Below are positions 56,012 through 64,000 of a DNA stretch of 64,000 bases, piece after piece. Origin of the DNA: Octopus vulgaris (lineage: Eukaryota); the NCBI GenBank assembly GCA_951406725.2, contig OX597815.1, positions 89,714,001 through 89,778,000 of the forward strand. Direction: 5' to 3'. Under the pieces are notes generated by a model. It was given only the letters and a program-made list of their open reading frames with translations, had not been told where the DNA came from and ran no database searches. The translations under genes were made by a program, and so were the position numbers. How positions within the stretch are numbered: the first letter of the stretch is position 1; each line of letters begins with the position of its first letter.

Positions 56012-58069
56012 TTTATTTCATAAAATTTGTCATCATAGACAGTACAAAGAGTGTGTAGCTTTGCGGGCTGGACAAACACATTAATGAATGAAAATGAAAT
56101 AGAATGAATAAATGAGAGACCCGCCGATTGGATATTTCTCGAAAACATATTTTCTTTTTTTAAAAAATCAATATGAGGTTTCAAACCTCTTACAAGAAGG
56201 AGGCACTAAAACCTCTTACTTAACATGTTTTTTTTTAAACACACAATTGAGGTTATAAACCACTACAAATAATACAATAAGATGAGGTTTCAAACCCTAT
56301 AACGAGGGTCTTTCACCTCCTACTCTTCGATATATCCATCAATATATTCATCATTATCTTCAATTCCGCTTGAGTTCCCGTATTCAGCCATTTCCCATGC
56401 CTCACTCATGTAGGACATGTAAGTCGTGTAAGGGCCACCCTGCCATATGCGACACTCCTCCCCAAATCCTTTAAGTATTTCCCACAAGGGAAACCTTATG
56501 ACCTCCAAAGCTATCTGCGGAGGCCATTCGGGATCCCGTGTGAAGGGCATATCTACTGTCTCTTTATGTTCTTCTACTATTTTTTCCACCTCCCCGCCCT
56601 TATAGAAAAATATAATTAATTGATCATCTTTAAGGGTGGGGGTGGTTTCTTCCACCGTGGGTAGCACAACTTCGGGACATACAGACGTCACATCATCTCC
56701 CCGCTGATATGAGCCGTTCTTCCTTCTTTTTTTTCTTTTCTTCCTGACTTCGGGAGTGTGGAGCTCTTCCGCTTTGTCCGGAGACTCTCCCCCGCCTTCC
56801 GAAGCCTTGGGTTCCTTCGGCGGGCAACTAGTGTTGCTTGCCTTCTTCCTTTTTAATCCTTTTTGAGTTGAGGAGGCTGAAGCCCCCTCGACCACATCCA
56901 CCTCTCCCTTTGACCGGGTAGGGGAGGTGGCATCTAGTGACTGTTCCAGGACCTTACCATGGTCCTGGGGGCAGTTTCTTTTAATGTGGCCTGGCTGCAG
57001 GCACGAGTGACACTTGGGGGGACGTCCCTCAAGTATCACCGGATACCTGCAGCCATCCATTTTCAAGAAATCTGGAGAAACCAGATCTGTTGCGGCTGAT
57101 GGGGTCCACATGGTCAAAATTGCTTTTGACCCTTCCCAATCGACCGCCGGCAATACCCTTACATTTAAGAGCCTGGGCCCGCCATCCCCCAGTCCCCGTC
57201 GGATGGTATATTCAATCCAATCCGCTTCGGTGTCTGGGGGCAACCCACATACCCAGGCTCTTATTAATTTCCTCCTGCAATATGAACAGAATTTCCTTGC
57301 CTTCTAAAGGCTGACTCGCAAACTGGCGAGCCTTTTCCCCGTTGTCAAACAGCAACCATACGGTTGCATGTTTGACACCACGGGATATATATTTTAAAGA
57401 GGACAAATAGTCTTTAAGTTCATTTCTTATAACTTGTTTTGGGTAGACGGAGATGGAATTAAGAACTTTAGAATAAGTTCTAAGCACCACCGTCTTCTCC
57501 TCCATATCTTTTAACCACTGCTTAGGCGGGTTAATTTCCCACTCTAAGGCAGAGTTTTTCTTTTTAAGTTCCTTCTCTGCCATGTCAAAAAACAGTTCAA
57601 AAGTAATTCAAAAGACAGTCTGCCAAAAAATTAAGTCGAATAAAAATAAAACAAAATAAAAGAGGAGGGAAGGAAACTGAAATTAAAGTAATGAAAAGAA
57701 TGAACCAAAATTTAGAAAGAAAGAAAAAATAGAAGTGAAAAGTAAAAGAAAAACCTCACAAATAGCACAGACAGGGAATCCTTTGTATAATACTCCAAAA
57801 AGGTAATCCAAATGGCTTATTCTTGAAGTTCGGAAAATTTGTACTTTTTCTGGCGTGATACGCCCACTAGTATTTACAAAAATAATTTTCAAGACAAAAT
57901 TCTCAATTCACCCTTACGGTGATAAGATCCCAGTATTTTGCTAGCTATAGCGAGCCATAATTAACAATTTTCTTTTTGTTATTTTTTCTATTCACGTAGC
58001 CCAAAAAATCTCACATCTTGTCACTGTAACATTCCAGACCAACTAGTGTTGCATTCTGAGTAACCGGAA
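56012..58069 (-). mobile_element. Non-autonomous ORF1-only retroelement (half-LINE/HAL1-like) with 13-bp TSD
   Basis: TSD GTAAGCAAGCTAC at 55999-56011 and 58070-58082. On the minus strand: ~490-nt 5' UTR starting TTCCGGTT, a single ORF1-like gene, and a ~300-nt 3' UTR ending in AATAAA. No endonuclease or RT. Confidence 0.8.
56320..57583 (-). pseudogene. L1/Tx1-type ORF1/gag-like protein (RRM-like region plus CCHC zinc knuckle), ~420 aa, one frameshift near 57283
   Basis: ORF 57583-57212 (VVLRTYS..VWLLFDNGEKARQFASQPL) joins ORF 57243-56320 (RAWVCGLPPD..YPVILEGRPPKCHSCLQPGHIKRNCP, a CX2CX4HX4C knuckle). Basic tail KKRKKRRK and acidic C-terminus. Confidence 0.8.
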
Positions 58070-58110
58070 GTAAGCAAGCTACCTACCACACAGCCACCAC
58101 TGCGCCTATA

Positions 58111-58199
58111 AGATGAAAAGCAAAGTCGACCTTGGCGGAATTTGAACTCAGAACATAGGAGCAGATGAAATATTGCTTTCTAACGATTCTGCCAGTTCG
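58111..58199 (-). mobile_element. SINE family B 5' fragment
   Basis: GATGAAAAGCAAAGTCGACCTTGGCGGAATTTGAACTCAGAAC...TTCTGCCAGTTC is the reverse complement of the 27699 SINE head. Confidence 0.75.
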
Positions 58200-58309
58200 A
58201 TACATAATTATGTACATAATTATAAAATATTTATAAAATTTATCTACGAGGTTTTATTTTCGTACTGACCACTTGGTAAAAATCATTTAGGATTTGGCCC
58301 TTTATTATG

Positions 58310-58377
<68 letters not shown>

Positions 58378-58467
58378 TATATGTATGTATGTATGTATAT
58401 ATATTTCTAAGAAAATAGAGATAATTAAATAAATAATTATTTATTAATTACAAAATTGGACATCATC

Positions 58468-58547
58468 CCTGATAGCTATTTCGATTTAAGACATTAGAAA
58501 TTAATTAGTATAATTAAAAACATTTTAAAGTTGAATCTCGTCGGAGG
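58468..58547 (-). ncRNA. Type I hammerhead-like motif in a probable solo PLE terminal repeat (~58400-59000)
   Basis: Minus strand reads CCT-CCGACGA-GATTCAA...TTAAATC-GAAA-TAGCTA-TC-AGG. Core U4 is C, helix III is palindromic, triplet is AUC. Confidence 0.6.
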
Positions 58548-59154
58548 TGAAAAAAGATATACCCTTACATTTTCATATTATTGTGAGTTGAGCGTAGCGA
58601 ACAAATCCCCAAACTGATAAATTTGTTGTAGAAAGAACATGGTATAAACCTTACAAGGGTGGGGGTAGTACATTTATAGAAGTTATTATAAAAATGAAAA
58701 TAGAAATAAACGATAAGATATGGTAATAAAAAATATATATCTCTAAAGTATAATTAAGTATCACATAAAAGTAACTGTGAATGTTGTTATATGAATGTAG
58801 GTAGTAATATATTGCGTCTAGTTATTAATATTATAAAGTAAATAGTATTTTAATTAATGCTATCGTAAAATAATATAGAATCGAATAGTTAGTAGGCAAA
58901 TGAGAATTTGTTATTGCGCAAATATAAACATAAATTTACACGCATATGCATAGTAAATATAAATAATTGTGGGTAAAAGACGTATTGAAAAATTTGTGGA
59001 AAATTAATATATATATGTATATATATATATATCTATATATATATATATATATATATAACGGGAAGCTTTATGAAAATAGAGAAAAGACGAAGGCAGGTGG
59101 AAAACAAACAAACAATTGTATTAGTATGGCGCTCAGGAAATATAAATAAAACAA

Positions 59155-59193
59155 GTCTTTAACGTTTCGAGCCTACGCTCTTCAACAGAAAGA
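59155..59193 (-). ncRNA. Ultra-minimal hammerhead-like motif in PLE terminal repeat
   Basis: Minus strand reads TCTTT-CTGTTGA-A-GAGC(GTAG)GCTC-GAAA-CG-TT-AAAGA. Core A6 is U, and helix III is reduced to the palindrome AACGTT. Confidence 0.55.
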
Positions 59194-59361
59194 TACACAG
59201 AGAGAAAAAAACACAGAAAGAAGGAGAGAAAAAAAATGCGTGCAGTAACTAACGAATCAACATGGCGATCTGATTTCGGCCAGAGGTCAAAGATCAAACA
59301 TGAGACGCGAGAGCGAAATAAGGGGAGATAATAGGGTTGATAATAGGGTTGAATGACCAGC

Positions 59362-59712
59362 TATTAGTGCGCAGGAGGGGTCTGGACGTGTGTATGTATA
59401 GGGTTGGTGTATGTATTAGTATGTATTAGTATGTATAAGGGCGTGTGTGTGTGTGTGTGTGTGTATGAGAGAGTATTAGTGCGTAGGATAGGTCTGGACG
59501 TGCGTATGTATGGGGTTGGTGTATGTATTAGTATGTATTAGTATGTATTAGTACGTATTAGTATGTATAAGTGTGTGTGTGTGTGTATGAGAGAATATAA
59601 GTGCGTATGAGGGGTCTGGACGTGTGTATGTATAGGGTTGGTGTATGTATTAGTATGTATTAGTATGTATTAGTACGTATTAGTATGTATTAGTTGGTGT
59701 ATGTATTAGTAT
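59362..59712. repeat. Three ~110-125 bp tandem units with nested 10-bp TAGTATGTAT repeats in the PLE 3' region
   Basis: GGTCTGGACGTGYGTATGTATRGGGTTGGTGTATGTATTAGT occurs three times. Confidence 0.85.
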
Positions 59713-60754
59713 GGCACATCATATATGATGTGATGTGTAAAGTCGTGTGGTGTAGTGAGGAGAAGAGGGGGGAGAAGGGGAGGGGTAGGAGAGGGGGAAG
59801 AGGAAAGGAGGGGGGATAGAGGAGGGGAGAAGGAAGGGGAGGGGAGGGGGAAGAAGGGGGAAAGAGGGAGAGGGAGAGAGAGAAGGGGAGTGAGGGAGCA
59901 GAGGGAAGGGGAAGAGGGAAGGAGGGAGGGAGGGAGAAAGAGGGAAGAAGGGAAGGGGAGTAGGGGTGAAAGGATGAAGGACTGAAGAAGTAGGGGTCGG
60001 GGGGAAGGATAGGTGAGGAGGGGGAGAGGGGGTTAGATGAGGAGGGGGGAGAGTTGAGACCAAATGGCGTATAAGAGCGAAGAGAGAAGATTAATTCCTG
60101 TTCACGGCGCAAACGGGAATCCGGATGGCCTCTGTGTAAGAACAAACCGAACACAGATAGGTGTTGCAAGGAGTGACCGGTGGAGCGGAAATGGCGTGAG
60201 ACCGGTGTGTCGTTCGCAAGGTGGATGTCATGAAGGTGTTCCGCGAACCGGTCAGCCAAGCGGCGTCCCGTTTGTCCGATGTACAAGGAATTGCAGAGAG
60301 AGCAAGAGACGCAATAGATAATATTACTGGAGGTGCAGGTGAAGGAGTGGATGATGGGATAGGGTCGATGGTGGGTGCTAGTGAGGCGGGTGGTGTTGGA
60401 GAGGTAAGGGCAAGTGCGGCAACGTGGGCGGGAGCAGGGGAACGAGCCGGGTTGGGAGGTAGGGTCAGGGAAGGAGCTATGGACCAAAAGGTCTCGAAGG
60501 TTGTGGGCTCGTTTGAAAGAGGGGAGGGGTCGGTTAGGGAAGAGGTGTGAAGTGGACGGGTCGGACTGGAGATGACGGAAAGCTCGAAGAATGGTGCGTT
60601 GGAGACGTAGGGTCGTGGGGTGGTAAGTGAGGAGAAAAGGGAGGCGGGAGACTACAGGGCGGGTTCGGGGAGAGAGAGCAGATACACGGTCCACGGATCG
60701 TGCTCTGGCAAGGGCGGTGTGGATAGTGGATATATGTATATATATCGAACTCAC
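59690..60754 (-). CDS. PLE linker plus GIY-YIG endonuclease (real coding part ~60050-60730, 5'-truncated; Pro/Ser tail is low-complexity read-through)
   Basis: RLPFLLTYHP..FPNRPLPSFKRAHNLRDLLV..PCSRPRCRTC..FTCTSSNIIYCVSCSLCNSLYIGQTGRRLADRFAEH..VSRHF..RLRREQELIFSLRSYTPFGLN. Confidence 0.85.
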   Translation of the reverse strand: MSSIYIHISTIHTALARARSVDRVSALSPRTRPVVSRLPFLLTYHPTTLRLQRTILRAFRHLQSDPSTSHLFPNRPLPSFKRAHNLRDLLVHSSFPDPTSQPGSFPCSRPRCRTCPYLSNTTRLTSTHHRPYPIIHSFTCTSSNIIYCVSCSLCNSLYIGQTGRRLADRFAEHLHDIHLANDTPVSRHFRSTGHSLQHLSVFGLFLHRGHPDSRLRREQELIFSLRSYTPFGLNSPPSSSNPLSPSSPILPPDPYFFSPSSFHPYSPSLLPSFSLPPSFPLPLPSAPSLPFSLSLSLFPPSSPSPPLPSPLLYPPSFPLPPLLPLPFSPLFSSLHHTTLHITSYMMCHTNTYTN

Positions 60755-61008
60755 TACTTCATCATTGTGAACTCGACTCTCTAATTACTGGGTCATGCGC
60801 CTTTACAACCTGTATGTATGTATATATATATATATATATTTATATGAGGTATATTTGGCATCACAATATGTCTAACCATTAAGGGTGGGTGTTACTGTAC
60901 CTTGTAGCACCAGGAGAACATCTCCTCCAGCTGGCTATAGGCACACTTTCTGTGCACTATCGGTATTTGCAAAGGAAGGTCATCCTTCCCTCGTCAACCT
61001 AAGTGATA

Positions 61009-61053
61009 CGCACGGACTGCAGTTTCTGGGAATTGACCCGTCATCAGCGTATG
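61009..61053 (-). ncRNA. Minimal type I hammerhead ribozyme (left arm)
   Basis: Minus strand reads CATACG-CTGATGA-CGGG(TCAATT)CCCA-GAAA-CTGCAG-TC-CGTGCG, with a GUC triplet. Confidence 0.78.
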
Positions 61054-61068
61054 ACAATCACCGGTTTT

Positions 61069-61113
61069 CGTACGCTGATGACGGGTCAATACCCAGAAAC
61101 TGCAGTTCGTGCG
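61069..61113 (+). ncRNA. Minimal type I hammerhead ribozyme (right arm)
   Basis: CGTACG-CTGATGA(61075)-CGGGT(CAAT)ACCCA-GAAA(61096)-CTGCAG-TT-CGTGCG, with a 6-bp helix I (one GU) and a GUU triplet. Confidence 0.78.
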
Positions 61114-61325
61114 TATCACTTAGGCTGACGAGGGAAGGATGACCTCCCTTTGCAAATACCGAGAGGGCACAGAAAGTGTGCCTATAACCAGCTAGAGGAG
61201 ATGTTCTCCTGGGGCTACAAGCTACAGTAACACCCACCCTTAATGGTTAGCCATATTGAGATGGCAAATATACCTCACATTGTCGTGCAGTTACTATTTA
61301 TATCTGGTTCAGAGATTTATTTTTG

Positions 61326-61393
<68 letters not shown>

Positions 61394-61439
61394 TATCACT
61401 GCTGTACTCTTTCGCCACAACTTTGTCTCACTCTTTCTT

Positions 61440-61556
61440 CTGTTGGCTTGCTCGCTTAGCCTGCGGGGTGGCGTCATTTGAGGGCTAAAACGCTGCGAAG
61501 CGTATTGTGACCAGCGATGTGTAGCAACATCTGATAGCCTGGTCGGTCACGGTGAT
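61440..61556 (+). mobile_element. SINE/LINE-derived 3' tail fragment ending in (ATGT)n
   Basis: GCTTAGCCTGCGGGGTGGCGTCATTTG...GTGTAGCAACATCTGATAGCCTGGTCGGTCACGGTGAT. The end resembles the terminus of the 13660 SINE. Confidence 0.55.
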
Positions 61557-61599
61557 GTATGTATGTATGTATAAAAGAGTCATATGTATATATGATTTT

Positions 61600-62200
61600 T
61601 TTCTGTAGGTTCAGCTCTGAGTTGCTACTGTTGTTACTGACAGCCTCCTCCAATATGTGGGACTTGGGTGAAGAATGGAGTTTGGTGTAGCTACCCTCCT
61701 TTGCACTTCTTGCCGTGAGGTAGGTTCATCTAGAACTCTTGACAGGAAGAGGTCCAGCTTTCATTTAAAAACTCCTATATCTACTTTGTGCAGGTTCCTC
61801 AGGCTCTTTAAAAGAATATTAAAAACTCTGGGTTCCTGAAACCCAGACTGTTGCAGTAACTGGTCCTGAAGCGCGATGGCGTTGCTGGGATCTTTGGCAC
61901 TATGCAGTGTCATCCCGTTCTGGCATTGGTGTAGATTCCAATACCAAAATGTGGCACAATTCCTTCTAGGATCTTCCAGATGTATATAACTGCATACCTC
62001 ACCCGCTTTCTCTCCAGGGAGTAGAGGCTTAGCTGTTTCAGCCTTTCCCTGTAGCTGAGCAGTTGCAAAGAGACGATCTTCTCTGGATTGCTTCAAGGTT
62101 CGCTGTTAATTTCACACTGTTGGGTGACCATAGCTGTGAGCAGTAATCCAGGCGGCTGAGGACGAATGTCCTCCGAGGACCATCATGGTTTCTTTAACCC
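61600..62200 (-). mobile_element. CR1-group LINE 3' remnant (ORF2 C-terminus)
   Basis: FVLSRLDYCSQLWSPNSVKLTANLEAIQR..SYRERLKQLSLYSLERKRVRYAVIYIWKILEGIVP..VFNILLKSLRNL..VFK*KLDLFLSRVLDEP. Confidence 0.85.
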
Positions 62201-62276
62201 TGGTTCACAACAACAATGAGGTCACATTTTCTACATGAGTGTGTACCTATCCATCAGCACCACACAAACATTCACA

Positions 62277-62350
<74 letters not shown>

Positions 62351-62899
62351 GTCTCTCTCGCACACTCACACATACACACGCATATGTCCATTTCATTTAC
62401 ACATACATCTTTCACTTTCTCGTATCCTTCACTTTCTACACTCTCTCCCCTTTTCGCTTTCTCTTTTCTTTCAATTTCTGCTCTCTTGAAAGCATAAAGA
62501 AATTAATTTTTACGAAGTGAACGAGTGAAACGCAGAATGAGAAAAAGGCTGAGAGACAAAAGAAAGAAACAGAGACAGAAAGCAAATTTCTATAGGAAAA
62601 GTTGAAAGACGGATAGGGTAAGAGACAGACGCTGATGATTCATACCCTATGTATGTTCTAGTTGTTATTTCCCCTTTAATTTTATTTATATTTTTAAACA
62701 CAGTATACTGAAAGATTATCTCATTTTCATGCAAATTGTTCCCCCACTTCAGTTCTGGACAAACAATAACTTCCATAACGCCAATAATCCATTCCACTAT
62801 ATATCAGCTAACAGAATGCATTATGCTTATCAAGACAGAACATAGCTAAATCATTCATACTTTACCGCTTCTCATAATAACAGTATACAATTTGGCATA

Positions 62900-64000
62900 T
62901 GGATTTTTCCACATCTTTTCATTCATTACTAAAAAATCAAATTATGCAATGCACAGCTTCAAATTGCTATGTCTTCCATCTTAAATGTTCCTCAATCGTT
63001 CGCTCTTTTCAGCCATGCCACCAAAACGAAGACATTCTCATTTATCTCCACAAGCAAGAACCGCAAAGAAGACTGCTTCTATTCGTGCTCAATATAACTC
63101 ACTTCAGCGATGCCCAAATGTGTAATATTTCAAAACGATCACCAATGGCAGAAGTTCTCTAAACTACACATACTGTCTGGGATGAATGCACGATGGCACA
63201 CCGTGGTTTACTAGAAACCCCAGATAGAAACAATACGGCCGTTAGGGTGGGGGCTAAATGTTGTCCTCGCAAGGGATTTCCGCCAAATATTACCAGTCAT
63301 ACCAGAGTTTTCATCTCTGTGAAAGTTTGTTCGTCAGATTTCATTAAGCAGCAATATGCGAGCTCATCTCTGCAATTACTCTTTAGCTGAGGAATTCTTT
63401 CATCAAGTTCTGAAAATTAGAAATGGCGCCTTACTGTTGAATAATAATTTGCAACAGTAAGTACTACAATGTAGGCGCATGGTGTCTACATTGACCGAGC
63501 TTAAAGAAAAGGTATTTCCCACATTGCAAGACAACTTCAAATGAAATGTAATGAAAGCATTGATAAAGAAATCCATGAACTCCTCCACAATCTACCAGGA
63601 GATGCTTCAACGTCTGTCTACATTGATACTACCATCGACGAACATGCCACTATTGAGCATCCAGTTGAATTTCGCAATTCTCTACAATCCAAAGGACTGC
63701 CACCGCATTAGTTGTTCCTAAAGAAAGGTACACCTATCATGCTCTTGAGGGATTTCCACCCACCATGACTATGCAAAGGTACAACATTGACTGTAACAGC
63801 AACTATTATTGCTGGCTGTTATCGAGGAGAGATTGCATACATTTCACGCATGCCCCTTATTCCGTCAACTGTGTCATTTCAGTTAAAGCGCCTCCAGTTC
63901 CCAGTGCGATTGTGCTTCGTTATGACAATCAACAAAGCCCAGGGTCAAACTTTAAAAATAGTGGGTCTCAATTTACAAATACCCTACTTTTCTCATGGAC
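62900..64000 (+). mobile_element. Helitron Pif1-like helicase pseudogene (runs off window end)
   Basis: MCNISKRSPMAEVL..VWDECTMAH (Walker B), HPVEFRNSLQSKGLPPH*LFLKKGTPIMLLRD..LCKGT and RMPLIPS..KRLQFPVRLCFVMTINKAQGQTLKIVGLNL..FSHG. Confidence 0.88.

Larger units (their letters stand above)
55615..58110 (-). mobile_element. SINE family A split in two (55615-56011 and 58070-58110) by a 2.06-kb insertion
   Basis: The SINE runs to ...CCATGTGGCTGGTAAGCAAGCTAC at 56011 and resumes as GTAAGCAAGCTACCTACCACACAGCCACC..GCGCCTAT at 58070. Confidence 0.88.
59057..60730 (-). mobile_element. 5'-truncated PLE (Neptune-like) with intact GIY-YIG region, repeat-rich 3' region and terminal HHR-like motif
   Basis: GIY-YIG ORF, then a pyrimidine-rich tract, a minisatellite and a terminal repeat with an HHR-like motif, ending at (TA)n. 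Confidence 0.88.
60842..61280. repeat. ~440-bp foldback (inverted repeat, centre ~61061) with one hammerhead motif per arm
   Basis: 60845-61053 is the reverse complement of 61069-61277, with about 14 substitutions counted by eye. Pairing continues imperfectly to a ~3-nt loop. (TA)n tracts flank both sides. Confidence 0.92.

Noticed and set aside
59690-60050. Pro/Ser/Leu-rich extension of the GIY-YIG ORF, and overlapping ORFs 59719-60063 and 59755-59985
   Set aside because: A low-complexity pyrimidine/purine tract that lacks stops by composition. PLE ORFs normally end shortly after the GLN motif.
61121-61186. Possible second hammerhead in the foldback arm (TAGG-CTGACGA...GAAA-GTGTG-CCTA)
   Set aside because: The cleavage position would be G, helix II does not close next to GAAA, and the other arm reads TTGACGA.
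62900-64000. Host PIF1 helicase gene
   Set aside because: Intronless with in-frame stops and deletions, and the motifs (LPPHxL.LK.G.PIMLLR, RLQFPVRL.F.MTINKAQGQ) are of the Helitron type.

Overview
AT-rich eukaryotic non-coding DNA with many (TA)n/(CA)n/(TACA)n/(GA)n microsatellites. The SINE families and repeat landscape point to a coleoid cephalopod (Octopus-like) genome; this is an inference. I could not support any host protein-coding exon, and most ORF-track entries are microsatellite translations. The window is a transposon graveyard. It holds at least 8 Penelope-like element (PLE) remnants, several with inverted terminal repeats and minimal type I hammerhead ribozyme (HHR) motifs, plus a boundary-complete Chapaev3 DNA transposon (TIRs and TAA TSD). 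It also holds mariner/maT remnants, RTE, CR1-like and L1/Tx1-like LINE remnants, a decayed gypsy-like pol, a Helitron helicase remnant and three tRNA-derived SINE families. Three things stand out. (1) A 2.06-kb ORF1-only (Zn-knuckle, no RT) retroelement sits inside a SINE with a 13-bp TSD and a 3' stem-loop array (half-LINE/HAL1-like). (2) A ~440-bp foldback carries two head-to-head HHRs. (3) The HHRs use different but always palindromic helix III sequences. All calls were made by eye, and boundaries of decayed elements are approximate.
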